DNA from: an uncultured Verrucomicrobiae bacterium
Lineage (GTDB): Bacteria; Verrucomicrobiota; Verrucomicrobiia; Chthoniobacterales; UBA10450
Assembly: GCA_963834385.1 (NCBI GenBank)
Contig: CAWIBO010000001.1
Coordinates: 160,954 to 224,953 of the forward strand
Direction of reading: 5' to 3'
Length of the DNA stretch: 64,000 nt
Shown here: positions 23,428 through 34,056 of the stretch, in pieces
How positions within the stretch are numbered: the stretch's first letter is position 1
Layout: every line of letters begins with the position of its first letter
The notes under the pieces: generated by a model
Told to the model about the DNA's origin: nothing
The model's input: only the letters and a program-made list of their open reading frames with translations
Databases searched by the model: none
Translations under genes and position numbers: made by a program

Positions 23428-24411
23428 TCAGGCGTAGCAGACTTTCTTCACCGCCGCGACCAGCTTTTCCGCGCTGGGCAGGACGGCCTTTTCCCAGGTC
23501 TCGTTATAAGGCATGGGCACTTCCTCCTGCGCCACCCGCAACACCGGAGCGTCCAGTTGATCAAAGGCCTCGCGCTGGATCCGGTAGGAAACCTCCGCGC
23601 CGATGCCGCAGAAGGGGCGATCCTGCTCGACGATGACCACGCGGTGGGTCTTGCGCACGCTGGCCAGGATGGCGGGAAGATCGAGCGGCTTGATCGAGCG
23701 CAGGTCGAGCACATCGGCCTCCATCCCCTCGCCGGCCAGCGTTTCCGCGGCGGCCAGCGCCAGCGGGACCGTCTGGGCGTAGCAAATGATGGTGACGTCG
23801 GCGCCTTCCCGTTTCAATTCCGCCTGGCCCAGCGGGATGAGAAGTTCCTGGTCGGCCGGCTCGACCATGCCCTTGCTGCTGTAGAGCAGCTCGGACTCCA
23901 GGACGAGCACCGGGTTATTGTCGCGAATGGCGGTCTTGAGCAGTCCCTTGGCATCGCGCGGCGTGGCCGGGGTGCAAATCTTGAGCCCGGGGAAATTGGC
24001 GTAAAGGCATTCCGTCGCGTGCGAGTGGGTGGCGCCGAGCTGGTGGGCGGGCCCGTTCGGGCCGCGAAAGGTGATCGGGATGTTGAACTGCCCGCCCGAC
24101 ATCGTGAGCATGTTCGGGGCGTTGTTCACCACCTGGTCGAAAGCCACGAGCGAGAAACTGAAGGTCATGAACTCGATCACCGGGCGCAGGCCGACCATGG
24201 CGGCGCCGACACCAAGACCGGCGAAACCGTTTTCGCTGATCGGCGTGTCGATGACCCGTTTGGCGCCGAACTTTTCGAGGAGTCCCTGGCTCACCTTGTA
24301 GGCGCCGTTGTACTCCGCGACTTCCTCGCCCATGAGGAAAACGTTCGGGTCACGCGCCAGTTCCTCCGCGAGCGCCTCGTTCAGGGCCTGTCGATAAGTG
24401 ATCTCCCTCAC
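23428..24411 (-). CDS. pdhB: Pyruvate dehydrogenase E1 beta subunit
   Basis: GEEVAEYNGAYK, DTPISE, DLRSIKPLD. Confidence 0.95.
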   Translation of the reverse strand: MREITYRQALNEALAEELARDPNVFLMGEEVAEYNGAYKVSQGLLEKFGAKRVIDTPISENGFAGLGVGAAMVGLRPVIEFMTFSFSLVAFDQVVNNAPNMLTMSGGQFNIPITFRGPNGPAHQLGATHSHATECLYANFPGLKICTPATPRDAKGLLKTAIRDNNPVLVLESELLYSSKGMVEPADQELLIPLGQAELKREGADVTIICYAQTVPLALAAAETLAGEGMEADVLDLRSIKPLDLPAILASVRKTHRVVIVEQDRPFCGIGAEVSYRIQREAFDQLDAPVLRVAQEEVPMPYNETWEKAVLPSAEKLVAAVKKVCYA

Positions 24412-25385
24412 GTGCGGTCTCCGTTCACAAAAGTGTAATCGTAGAGCTCCTCGAGCGGGGGCTCGGGTGATTCCTCGGCGAACTTGACGCTGGCGAGGGC
24501 GGTTTCCTTCGCCTTTTTGTCCATGGCGTCGAACTGTTCATTGCTCAGTTTTCCCTCGCGGGTGAGCTGGGCGCGCAACCGCGTGATCGGGTCATCCATC
24601 CGGTATTGCTCGAGCTGTTCCTTGGTTCGATAGCTCGCCGGGTCGGACATGGAATGGCCGCGGTAACGGTAGGTGCGGACCTCGAAGAAAACCGGATGCG
24701 GTTCCCGGCGGATGGCGTCGACCGCCTCCTGCAGCTTGTCGCGGACCTCGCGGAAGTTCATGCCATCAACGACCACGCCGGGGATGTCGTAGCCCTCGGC
24801 GCGTTCCACGATCTGCTTGAGCGAGGTGGAGCGCTCCACGGAGGTGCCCATGGCGTAGAGATTGTTCTCGCAGATGAAGATGACGGGCAGCTTGTAAAGG
24901 GCGGCGAGGTTCAGCGCCTCGTGAAAGGCCCCCTGATTGATGGCGCCATCACCGAAAAAACAAAGGGTGACCCGGTCCTCCTCCCGGTATTTCGAAGCGA
25001 AAGCCATCCCGGTGGCCAGCGGCACATGCGCGCCCACGATGGCATGACCGCCATACATGTGGTTCTTCTTGTCGAAATAATGCATGGACCCGCCCAGGCC
25101 CCGGGAACACCCGGTGACCTTGCCGAAGAGCTCCGCCATGCAGGCGTCCGCCGAGGTGCCGCGGGCCAGGGCATGCGCGTGGTCGCGGTAGGCCGTGATC
25201 AGGTAATCGTCATCGCGGGTGGCGGCGACCGCGCCCACGACGACCGCCTCCTGGCCGATGTAAAGGTGACAAAAGCCGCCGATCTTCTGCGCCTGATACT
25301 GCTGGCTGGCGCGTTCTTCAAAGCGCCGGATCAACAGCATCAGCGCGAGCATCTCGACTTCGTCGCGTTGCTCCTGCGCGCCCAT
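24408..25385 (-). CDS. pdhA: Pyruvate dehydrogenase E1 alpha subunit
   Basis: GFCHLYIGQEA, GDGA..QG (TPP motif), YRYRGHSMSD. Confidence 0.95.
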   Translation of the reverse strand: MGAQEQRDEVEMLALMLLIRRFEERASQQYQAQKIGGFCHLYIGQEAVVVGAVAATRDDDYLITAYRDHAHALARGTSADACMAELFGKVTGCSRGLGGSMHYFDKKNHMYGGHAIVGAHVPLATGMAFASKYREEDRVTLCFFGDGAINQGAFHEALNLAALYKLPVIFICENNLYAMGTSVERSTSLKQIVERAEGYDIPGVVVDGMNFREVRDKLQEAVDAIRREPHPVFFEVRTYRYRGHSMSDPASYRTKEQLEQYRMDDPITRLRAQLTREGKLSNEQFDAMDKKAKETALASVKFAEESPEPPLEELYDYTFVNGDRT

Positions 25386-25391
25386 GCAGGA

Positions 25392-25979
25392 TTACGCGGT
25401 GTGCGGCAGCGCCGCGCCGGCCCGGAGACGTTCCCGGCGGCGAAGGGAATAGATGCAGGAGACAAAGAGCGCCGTGAAGACCAGGTCACTCACGACGGCG
25501 TTGCGGAAAAACATCCAGGTGGGCGTGGCCCCGTAGGCGGGAAGGCCAACCGTGAGCGCCTGGACCCAGCCGGCCGCCGTCTTGACGTAGCCGGCATCCG
25601 TCAGCCAGGAGAAGGTGTTGGTGGAGAGATAGAAAAAGGTGGAGGACGCGAGCGAGGCCGGCAGCATCGTGCGGAAAGAGGCCCGGTTTTCCAAGATCCA
25701 GCCAAAGGCGCAGATGGCAGCCAGAACCAGGTAACGGCAGATGATCAGGGGCGAGAAAAAGGGCTGGCCGTAAAACGAATTCAGGATGAGATCGGAGAGA
25801 AAAAGCCCGAGCAGAGGCAGGGTAAACTTCAGTTTCCCGGGCAAATAGGCCGCGCTGCAAAGGGCAATGGCGGCAAAAGGCACAAAGTTCGACAGGCCGG
25901 TCTGGCCCGACTGAATCAGGAGGCCCATGACCACGCGATAAATCACGGCCGCAAGAATCAACAACAGCGCAGGAATCAT
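25392..25979 (-). CDS. Putative small transport membrane protein (DUF6580-like)
   Basis: NFVPFAAIAL, LFLSD, FFYLSTN..W, AL..GLP..FF pattern; 5-6 TM helices. Confidence 0.7.
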   Translation of the reverse strand: MIPALLLILAAVIYRVVMGLLIQSGQTGLSNFVPFAAIALCSAAYLPGKLKFTLPLLGLFLSDLILNSFYGQPFFSPLIICRYLVLAAICAFGWILENRASFRTMLPASLASSTFFYLSTNTFSWLTDAGYVKTAAGWVQALTVGLPAYGATPTWMFFRNAVVSDLVFTALFVSCIYSLRRRERLRAGAALPHTA

Positions 25980-26041
25980 CGTGAGCAACTTTTAACCTTC
26001 CCCCTGGATATGCAACGAGGTTTTGGGTGCGAGAAGCCTCG

Positions 26042-26296
26042 TCAGGCCGCCGGCGTTTTCAGGAGCCGGGAAAGCCGCGCCTTGCGGCGCGAAGCGGTGT
26101 TCTTGTGCACGATGCCGCGCTTGGCCGCCTTGTCGACCGCGGAGATGAGCGCGCGGACCTGGGCCGGGTCGGTGGTTCCAGTCCCGGTCACGGTCCCCTT
26201 CTGCATCTTGCGCAGTCGGGTCATGACACTGCGGTTACGCAGGGTGCGGGTGGCTGTCTGGCGGGCGCGTTTGGCGGCGGATTTGGAGTTGGCCAT
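26042..26296 (-). CDS. rpsT: 30S ribosomal protein S20
   Basis: MANSKSAAKR...DKAAKRGIVHKNTASRRKARL; TTGACA box upstream (26341-26346). Confidence 0.97.
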   Translation of the reverse strand: MANSKSAAKRARQTATRTLRNRSVMTRLRKMQKGTVTGTGTTDPAQVRALISAVDKAAKRGIVHKNTASRRKARLSRLLKTPAA

Positions 26297-26374
26297 GGGA
26301 TTTTTTGTCGGGCGGGGAGAGTCGCGGCAAGGGCTCCGCTTGTCAAGAAAGAGCCCGGCGGGGCGTCGGCGCGT

Positions 26375-27073
26375 TCAGGCGCCGCGGTCGCGCGAACTGT
26401 TTTGCGCGATGCTGTTATGGAACGGGCTGGAGGGGCGCGTCCGGATATCGTCGTCGCTTTCCAGGCGGGGGCGAATATTGCTCCCGGGAAGGGGGCGCAG
26501 CGCCCCCTTGGGCAGCCGCGGAAGTGCGTCCGGAATGATGTTCACGATCGCGCCCAGCGGGACAAACTTGTAGAGGTTGGCCACGTCCCGGGCCCGCATC
26601 CGGATACAACCGTAGCTGGCCGGTTTCCCGAGGCGTTTTTCCTCCGGTGTCCCGTGGATGTAAATGCAGCGGGCAAAAGCGCGCGCGTTCTGCGGCTCCA
26701 GCCCGGACAGCCAGATGATCCGCGTGGTGATCGGATCGCGCCCTGGCGCATTCGGCGGAAGAATCTCCCCGGTGAAACGACGATGATGGAAAACCGCGCC
26801 GGTCGGGGCATTGTCCCCGATCTTCTTGACCACGCGCAGGAGCCCGAGCGGAGTGGCCATGCTGCCGGGGGTATCCCCGAGCCCGAACTTCGAGGTCGAA
26901 ACCTTGAAGGTGGCGATGCGCTTGCCATCCTGCACCAGCATCAGCTTCTGGTCGCGCACGCTGACGATGATCTGGTCCGGGATTTCGTCGACGGAAGCCG
27001 CGCCGGCCGGGGGGCAGGCGGCGCCGAGGAGAAGAAGGGCGGCCAGGCCCGGGCGGAGGGGGAGGAAGCGCAT
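26375..27073 (-). CDS. L,D-transpeptidase (YkuD family)
   Basis: TPLG, IYIHGT, SYGCIRM; signal-like N-terminus. Confidence 0.9.
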   Translation of the reverse strand: MRFLPLRPGLAALLLLGAACPPAGAASVDEIPDQIIVSVRDQKLMLVQDGKRIATFKVSTSKFGLGDTPGSMATPLGLLRVVKKIGDNAPTGAVFHHRRFTGEILPPNAPGRDPITTRIIWLSGLEPQNARAFARCIYIHGTPEEKRLGKPASYGCIRMRARDVANLYKFVPLGAIVNIIPDALPRLPKGALRPLPGSNIRPRLESDDDIRTRPSSPFHNSIAQNSSRDRGA

Positions 27074-27107
27074 ACCGGCCTTCCTTGTAGCCAAAATCAG
27101 GCCGTTG

Positions 27108-28612
27108 TCACTCCCGAACGAGCAGTTTCCCGAAGCCGGCCGGGTTGAGGCGGGGCCACCGTTGGCCCAGGGAACAGAGGGAAACGTAGAGAAACCCGAC
27201 CTGAAACATGATCAGGAACGGGAGGGAGAAAAACTGGCCATGCGAGATGGCGTAATAGACAAAGTAGGTGAAGTAGACCGCGAAAAACATTTCCACGATC
27301 GGCAGGAGCGACTTCAACGGCATGTAGCGGCAGGAACGCCAGGCCTGCGATTTTTGCTCAATCCCATACTTCGGCGTCCGGGCGAAGTCGGACTGGTGAT
27401 TAAACACAGCCTCGAGAACGGCACGGGCATTATTAATGGAGAGACCGACGCCGAGGGCAAGGAGACAGGGGAGGAGCATGATCTCGCGCAGCCATGTCTT
27501 CGGATGAAGCTCCCGCTGGGCGCAGATGTAGAACACGGCGACCGAAACCGAAGCCATGAGGAAAATCGGGAGATCGACCAGCCAGAGCCGGACCCAGCCA
27601 CTGGCCGGGCCGCCGCTGGTGGGGTGAAGCAGCACGCAAAGACAAGCCAGGAGCAGATAGGCAAAATTCGAGGTGAGGTGTGCCGGTCGCCTCCAGCTTG
27701 ATCGTGAGCGGGAGGTCGCTGCGCCAGATGGTAGGGAGAAGTTTCTTGCAGGTCTGGATCGACCCTTTGGTCCAGCGATGCTGCTGCGACTTGAAGCCGT
27801 TCATGTCCACCGGCAGCTCCGCCGGCGTGACCACGTCCGCGAGGAAAACAAATTTCCAGCCGGCCAGCTGGGCCCGGTAACTCAGGTCAAGGTCCTCGGT
27901 GAGGGTATCGTGCTGCCAGCCGCCGCTTTGCTCGATGCAGGAACGGCGCCAGAGGCCGGCCGTGCCGTTGAAGTTAAAGAAGCGGCCGCTGCGGCTTCGC
28001 GCCGTTTGCTCCAGCAGCAGATGGCCGTCCAGGAACATCGCCTGCACCCGGGTGAGAAGCGAATAGCCGCGATTGATGTGGCCCCAGCGGGTCTGGATCA
28101 TCCCCACCTTTGGATCGGTGAAAAAGTCGATGGTGCGCCGAAGCAAATCCGGCGGCGGCACAAAGTCGGCATCAAGGATGCAGACGAAATCGCCCGTGCG
28201 CTTCGTCGAGGCCGGCGGCAAGTGCGCCCGCCTTGAAGCCGACGCGGTCCACGCGCTGGATGAGCTGGACATTGAATCCTTCCTCGCGAAGCCGCGCGGA
28301 AGCGACCGCCGTGAGCTCGCGGGTGTCGTCGGTGGAATCATCCAGGACCTGGATTTGGAGAAGGTCGCGGGGATAATCGAGCTCGCTCACCGAGCGCAAA
28401 AGGCGTTCCACCACGTAGACCTCGTTGTAGATGGGCAGCTGGACGGTGACGCGGGGCAGCTCGGCAAAATGACCGGCCGGGACCGGGACCCGCTTCCGGT
28501 GCTTCAGGAAGAGGTAGATGATGATATAGCGGTGGACCCCGTAGGCCGAGAGGCCAATCAGCACGGCCAGATAGCAAAACGTCCAAATAAGATAACTGAC
28601 ACTTCCGTGCAT
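27108..28612 (-). CDS. Processive GT2 glycosyltransferase (cellulose synthase/CSLA-like), two +1 frameshifts (about 28195, 27684)
   Basis: [42 protein letters not shown]-terminal TM helices with F.RTPK. Confidence 0.9.
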
Positions 28613-28869
28613 AGGGTGGGGAAAAATGCCCGCGGGCGGCAAGGGCGACATGATGCCGCTTCCGAGGTTTGCGTCAAATCAAAAATGGGACTTTTCCCTG
28701 CGTAAAAACGCCTTTTCCCCACGGCAGAGCGGTCTCTTTCGATCTTTGCTCCCATGCCCGGCGCGGCCCTACGGGTCGGGCGCCCGCGGCCGGAAGGGCG
28801 GTGCGACAAAGTCCGGTTGCCTCCCCCCGGAAGGGGGTCGATTGATAAAGCCCGCCCGATTCATTCGTG

Positions 28870-31377
28870 ATGCGCTTTCCACTGTTCAGGACCAAGAAGG
28901 GGACCGGACGCTTTGAGCGTTTCAACATCGTCGTGGCGATCCTGCTCGCCGGGTGGGTGCCCTCGATCCTGATGCTGGTCGTCTCCTACACGATCCTGAC
29001 GGACACCCTCGAATCGAAGATCCAGCGGGACCGGCAGACCTTCGTAAAACTGATTGCGCACCTGATCGGCGACGACCTCGGGGCGACGGCCGCCATCATC
29101 GAGTATTACCAGACGCTGCCCGACCTGGTGAAGGTGCTGGACAGTCCGACACCGGCGGCCACGGGAGCACAGTGGCTCAGCCAGGCTTTCTTTTCCCATC
29201 CCCGCATCGACGGGATGTTTATCACCGATCCCCAGGGGCGCCTGATCGCTTCCGTCCCCTCCATGCCCGACAAACTGGGGCAGGACCTGAATGCGCGGCT
29301 CTGGCTGGAAGGGGCACGCGGCACGCCCGGGGCCTTCGTTTCCCCGATTCACGCGCGCGAATCGGACCAGCGCTCCGCGACCAAGATCGTGGGCGCGATC
29401 CGCAGCCCCGACGGAGTGGTCCACGGCTACCTTGGCGTGAACGTGCTGGTGGAACGGGTGGGACGCCGGCTCTCAACCATCGGGTTCAGCGACCAGTCAC
29501 AGTGCCAGGTCCTGGACCAGCGGGGCATTCAGCTGTTCCGCGATGATTTTCGCCCGGCGTCGCAGCCGTTCCAGCCGGAGACGTCTGAAATTCGCAGCGC
29601 CATCGCGGAGCAGAAGGGCACCGGCCATTTCGAAAGCGGCGGCAACCTCTACACCTTCAGCGAAATCGAGAACACCGGCTGGATCACGCTCGTGGTGCAG
29701 CCCCGCGCCGTGGCTTATCAGCCGGTGCAGGATCTCCTCGGCAAAATCACCGTGCCCGTGGCCTGGCTGATCGCCGGGACGGCCATCGCGGCCTGGCTGG
29801 CCGGAAAATTTTACAGCCGCCAGGTGGAAGCCTCCCGCCGGATCGAGCGCGAAGTCATTTTCAACGAGAAGATCCTGGCCAACATGCCGAGCGGCATTGC
29901 CCTGGTTGATCCGGCCAGCCGCCGTTTCCTCCAGGCCAATCATGCCTTTGCCCAGATGGCCCGGCGCTTTGGCCGGCTGCCGGAGGATCGCGACATCCAC
30001 AGTGCCACCTACGATGAGGTGAAGATTGCGCCCGCCGAGGCGATTGAGAAGGTGCTCTCGTTCGGCGCCCCCTTTCAACTGGTGGAACAGCCGTTCACTG
30101 ACGCGGAAGGCAAGGCCCGTTTTGTGAACATCAACCTCCTGCGGCTGCAGGGTCCGCAGCAGACCATCCAGGGCGTGCTTTACCTGGTGGAGGATAAAAC
30201 GCGCGACGTCACCCTGCGCCAGGAACTGATCGGGGCGAACGCGGCCAAGGACCAGTTTCTGGCCCTCCTCTCGCACGAGCTGCGCAACCCCCTCTCCCCC
30301 GTCATTGCCATGGTGGGCGAACTGGAGGCCAACACGCCCGACACCCCGGAAACCCGGCGCGCCCTCGAGGTCATCCGGCGCAATGTCGAGCTGGAGGCAA
30401 GGCTGATCGACGATCTCCTCGATGTCACCCGCATCTCGCGCGGGAAATTGCAGCTCACCTTTGAAACGGTCTGCGTCGATGAAATCCTGCAGCGCGCCTA
30501 TGAGATCTGCCGGGAAGACGTTGCGGCCAAGAACCTCGCGGTCGACTTCCAGCTCGGGGCGAAACGAAACTTCGTCGAGGCCGACCCGGCCCGGCTGCAG
30601 CAGGTCTTTTGGAACCTGATCAAGAACAGCGTCAAGTTCACGCCCGCGGGCGGCCGACTCCTCGTCGAGACGGTGAACTCCGCGCCGGAGGAGATCGAGG
30701 TTCGCATCACCGATTCCGGCATCGGGATCGAGGCGGACAAACTGGACAAGATTTTCAACGCCTTTGAGCAGGGCCAAAGCTCCATCACCCGGCGTTTTGG
30801 CGGCCTTGGGCTCGGCCTGGCCATTTCCCGGGCCATGGTCCATGCCCATGGCGGCACCATCAGCGTCACCAGTCCCGGCCGCGACCAGGGGGCCACTTTC
30901 ATTGTGCGCCTGCACTCAGTGGAAACACCGGCGGCCACGGCCGCGAAGGTCGCGCCGCCGCGCGACAAGGCCCGGCCCTCAGGGAACAACGGGGAGGCGG
31001 GTCGGCCCCGTCTGCTCGTGGTGGATGATCACCAGGACACCTGCATTGGGATGAAGATGATCCTGGAACGCCGCGGGTTTGCCATCACCCTCGCGCACAC
31101 AGCCGATCAGGCCCTGCAGCGCGCCGAGGAGGAAACCTTTGACCTGCTCATCAGTGACATCGGGCTGCCCGACCGGAGCGGCTACGAATTGATGAAGGAA
31201 TTGCAGAAACGCCGGCGGATGCCGGGCATCGCCCTGAGCGGGTTCGGCATGGAGAACGACGTTTCGCGGGCGCGCGCGGCCGGATTTTCCGAGCACCTGA
31301 CGAAGCCGATCAACTTTGAACGGCTGGAGGAAGTGATCAACAACCTGCTGCAGGCGAAGGAATCACCGGGCGCCTGA
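28870..31377 (+). CDS. Hybrid sensor histidine kinase (Cache-like, PAS, HisKA, HATPase, receiver)
   Basis: SHELRNPL, NSVKFT, DSGIG, GGLGLGL, VVDD...SDIGLPD...KP. Confidence 0.93.
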   Translation: MRFPLFRTKKGTGRFERFNIVVAILLAGWVPSILMLVVSYTILTDTLESKIQRDRQTFVKLIAHLIGDDLGATAAIIEYYQTLPDLVKVLDSPTPAATGAQWLSQAFFSHPRIDGMFITDPQGRLIASVPSMPDKLGQDLNARLWLEGARGTPGAFVSPIHARESDQRSATKIVGAIRSPDGVVHGYLGVNVLVERVGRRLSTIGFSDQSQCQVLDQRGIQLFRDDFRPASQPFQPETSEIRSAIAEQKGTGHFESGGNLYTFSEIENTGWITLVVQPRAVAYQPVQDLLGKITVPVAWLIAGTAIAAWLAGKFYSRQVEASRRIEREVIFNEKILANMPSGIALVDPASRRFLQANHAFAQMARRFGRLPEDRDIHSATYDEVKIAPAEAIEKVLSFGAPFQLVEQPFTDAEGKARFVNINLLRLQGPQQTIQGVLYLVEDKTRDVTLRQELIGANAAKDQFLALLSHELRNPLSPVIAMVGELEANTPDTPETRRALEVIRRNVELEARLIDDLLDVTRISRGKLQLTFETVCVDEILQRAYEICREDVAAKNLAVDFQLGAKRNFVEADPARLQQVFWNLIKNSVKFTPAGGRLLVETVNSAPEEIEVRITDSGIGIEADKLDKIFNAFEQGQSSITRRFGGLGLGLAISRAMVHAHGGTISVTSPGRDQGATFIVRLHSVETPAATAAKVAPPRDKARPSGNNGEAGRPRLLVVDDHQDTCIGMKMILERRGFAITLAHTADQALQRAEEETFDLLISDIGLPDRSGYELMKELQKRRRMPGIALSGFGMENDVSRARAAGFSEHLTKPINFERLEEVINNLLQAKESPGA

Positions 31378-31392
31378 GGCACCGTCGCGAGG

Positions 31393-31746
31393 TCAGCTCC
31401 CGGTCGAAGCCGCCTTGGCTCCGTCGCGTTTTTCCTCGGCTTCCTTCAACTCCCGGGAAAGCTTTTCCACCCGCTGCCGCATGATCTTGCCGGCCTTGAA
31501 CTTGACCGTGGCCCGCGGCGGAATGACGAAACTGCTGCCGGGCTCGTTGGGATTGCGCCCGACCCGCGGCTTGGTCAGCCGCGGAGCAAAGACGCCGAAA
31601 TTACGCAGTTCCACCGGGACATTGCGCGCCAGGCTGTCCGTGATGTGATCGAGCGTGCGCTGGACCACATCAAAGACCTGATGCTGCACCATCCCGGTCT
31701 GGTTGCTGATTGCTACAACGATGTCTCGCTTGGTTAGCTTGCCCAT
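31393..31746 (-). CDS. HU/IHF-family DNA-binding protein
   Basis: LTKRDIV, VELRNFGVF, GRNP, VKFKAGK. Confidence 0.92.
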   Translation of the reverse strand: MGKLTKRDIVVAISNQTGMVQHQVFDVVQRTLDHITDSLARNVPVELRNFGVFAPRLTKPRVGRNPNEPGSSFVIPPRATVKFKAGKIMRQRVEKLSRELKEAEEKRDGAKAASTGS

Positions 31747-31867
31747 ACCCACATTCGTATCGATTCCCAATAGCGTGGTGGTGGGTAAAAATGTCTAACT
31801 TTTTTCAGAATTTTTATCCCGCACAGAGGGAAAACGGCTCTCCGGGAAACCGTTGCCCAAAGCAAAC

Positions 31868-32296
31868 TTACGCCGCTTCCCGGCGGAGAAAGCGCTCCAG
31901 GTAGAAGGAAAGGAGGGTCATATTGGCCAGCGCTTTGCGCCGGGATTTCAGTTGTCCCTGCAGGATGCCCAGCTTGGTGAAGACGCCATTCCACTCCCCT
32001 TCCAGCCGGCGCACTTCGTCGTTGGTCAATTCCCGCACTCCCCGGATGGAAGCGCCGCGCTGGAGCACGTTCATCGCCCGGGCGGAAAGTTCGCCGAGGA
32101 CGCCCAGCTCGGTGAAGACGTGCTCGGTCTCCTGCAAAAGGTTGGAGCGAATCTCCGTGAACTGGCGCTCCTGCTCGGCGGAGATGATCGGCTTGGCCTT
32201 GTCCAGGCCGTAGGTGATCAGGTCGTGCAGGCGTTTCCAGTTCTCGAGCTGGAGCGCGAGCAGGCGAAGCTGTTTCTCAAGTTGTTTGTCCCTCAT
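31868..32296 (-). CDS. Hypothetical helical protein
   Basis: 142 aa ORF with normal composition, translationally coupled to the upstream gene. Confidence 0.75.
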   Translation of the reverse strand: MRDKQLEKQLRLLALQLENWKRLHDLITYGLDKAKPIISAEQERQFTEIRSNLLQETEHVFTELGVLGELSARAMNVLQRGASIRGVRELTNDEVRRLEGEWNGVFTKLGILQGQLKSRRKALANMTLLSFYLERFLRREAA

Positions 32297-33033
32297 GATT
32301 GGCTGGGCAGGCCGACGAGCTCCATGGTCTCGTCGAGCTTCTGCAGGTTATCGATCAGGAGATGGGCCCACGGCCGGTCCACCGTCTCGATCTGGCTGAT
32401 GATTCCTTCCTCGAAATAAAAGCGGCCCTGGCGCCACCGAAAAACTTCGGCCACGGCGGCCTCGCCTTCGAGGGTGCCGAAGACGGCATGGCGGATCGCG
32501 CCGTGCTGCAGGTAGATCTCACTGTTGCCCCGCCCCGATTTAAAGGTAAAACGCCCGCTGCGCTGGGAGAGGCAGCTCATCTGAAGAATTTCGGCCGCGG
32601 AAAACTGGTTCAGGTTGCCGATGAGGGAATGGCAGGGGTCGATCCCCTCGGTCGCGGTCACGAGGTTGCGGGCGGCCGCGGCCACGATGGCGGAAAAATG
32701 GCGGAGCAGGGCCCGCTCGCTCCGGTCGCTCCGCAAGAGGCTCACCTTTTGTTTGTCGGCGATGACCCATCTGGCTTCGCCGAACGGTCCCGGCGCCAGG
32801 CAGGTGATGCGGAGCGAGGGGAAATGCTGGCGGACATGCGTGGCCTGTTCCAGCGCGATGTGCTGCTCTCCTTCCACGATGAACGCGTCGAAGTTTTCCG
32901 TCAGCAGCACCGTGATGGCCTCGCCGAGCGAACGCACCACGCGGACCTCCGCCTGCTCGATCGCGTCAAAAATCGCCAGGGCCCGGTCCTGATAGACCGG
33001 GTCCGGGTTCAGGATAAGTAGCCTTGTTTCCAC
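32293..33033 (-). CDS. Pseudo-receiver plus DUF4388 (PatA N-terminal-like) domain protein
   Basis: GNL.QF...EILQM....RSG, IYL..G.I.HA, GEAAV..VFRW..G.F; N-terminal REC-like region. Confidence 0.8.
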   Translation of the reverse strand: METRLLILNPDPVYQDRALAIFDAIEQAEVRVVRSLGEAITVLLTENFDAFIVEGEQHIALEQATHVRQHFPSLRITCLAPGPFGEARWVIADKQKVSLLRSDRSERALLRHFSAIVAAAARNLVTATEGIDPCHSLIGNLNQFSAAEILQMSCLSQRSGRFTFKSGRGNSEIYLQHGAIRHAVFGTLEGEAAVAEVFRWRQGRFYFEEGIISQIETVDRPWAHLLIDNLQKLDETMELVGLPSQS

Positions 33034-33096
33034 GGGACGAGCTGGTTTAGCCAGCCCAGAAATAGCAGGAAGCTTGCCCGCGGGCGTGTCTTCGCC

Positions 33097-34044
33097 TCAG
33101 CGCCGCCATTCCCGCCGCGGCGGCGGGGCCGGGAAATGTTCAGGCGCCACCTCGTGCGCCGTCCGGAAATGCGTTTTCGCGACCTGGCCAAGGGCCTCCG
33201 GCCCTTCCTTCCCGGCAATCTCCCGCGCTGTCTCCTTAACCGCCGCCGAGACGCCCCGCCCCAGTTTCCGGCCAAGCGCCTGCCCCTTCTTCTCCAGCCA
33301 GTCGACAAAAGCCTCCCGCGCCAGGATCGAAGCCGCAGCCACGGCCGGGTCGGATTCCGCCTTGGTTCTCTGCTCGAGCCGGATCTTCTTTCCGTGCTCC
33401 AGCAGCGCCCCCTCGATTACCCGGGTATCGGCAAATTTATCCGAGAGCGCCCGCGGACAGTCCGGCCGCCGGGCCAGGAGGTTTTCGATCACGCGCGCGT
33501 GCCCCCAGCCGAGCAGGCTGTTCAGGTTGCCGAACTTCCGGTAAAGCTGGTTGTAGCGCTCGGGACCGATGAGGACCACCTCGTGCGCCGGTCCGATCGT
33601 CTCGCGGATGACCTTGGCCAGCGCCCGGATGCGCGCATCCGAACCGATGCGTTTGCTGTCCTGCACGCCCGCCTCCAGGAGACGACGGGTGATCTCGCGA
33701 TCGACAAAAGCGCCGGCAATGACCAGGGGGCCAAAGAAATCGCCCTTGCCGCTTTCATCGATGCCAAAATGCGGTTCGAACATTTCCGGCGAATGCACCT
33801 CCTCGTAGCCGAGACGCGCCTCCCCGAGAATATTCGGCTCCAGCTCGAACTTCACGAAATCCTCCACCCCACGTCCCTGCACCAGGACCTTTGGTCCTTT
33901 CTCGTAGACCGCGACGCTGAGCTTTTCCTTCTGCCCGAAGAAGAGGGTGTACGGTTTCGGCGAGAACTTGAACCCGCGTTCCTCCAGGAGATTTCGCAGC
34001 CGGCCGGCCTGTTCGGGGTTGAGGGCGGCGGTGAAGACGTTCAC
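33097..34044 (-). CDS. rnhC: Ribonuclease HIII
   Basis: N-terminal TBP-like region with KVLVQG; GIDESGKGDFFGPLV, DSK, VAAASILAR, KTHF. Start uncertain. Confidence 0.92.
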   Translation of the reverse strand: MNVFTAALNPEQAGRLRNLLEERGFKFSPKPYTLFFGQKEKLSVAVYEKGPKVLVQGRGVEDFVKFELEPNILGEARLGYEEVHSPEMFEPHFGIDESGKGDFFGPLVIAGAFVDREITRRLLEAGVQDSKRIGSDARIRALAKVIRETIGPAHEVVLIGPERYNQLYRKFGNLNSLLGWGHARVIENLLARRPDCPRALSDKFADTRVIEGALLEHGKKIRLEQRTKAESDPAVAAASILAREAFVDWLEKKGQALGRKLGRGVSAAVKETAREIAGKEGPEALGQVAKTHFRTAHEVAPEHFPAPPPRREWRR

Positions 34045-34056
34045 CCTTCGCTTGTA

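Noticed and set aside
33136..34056. Apparent N-terminal extension of MutY
   Set aside because: Antisense to rnhC; MutY similarity starts near 34057.
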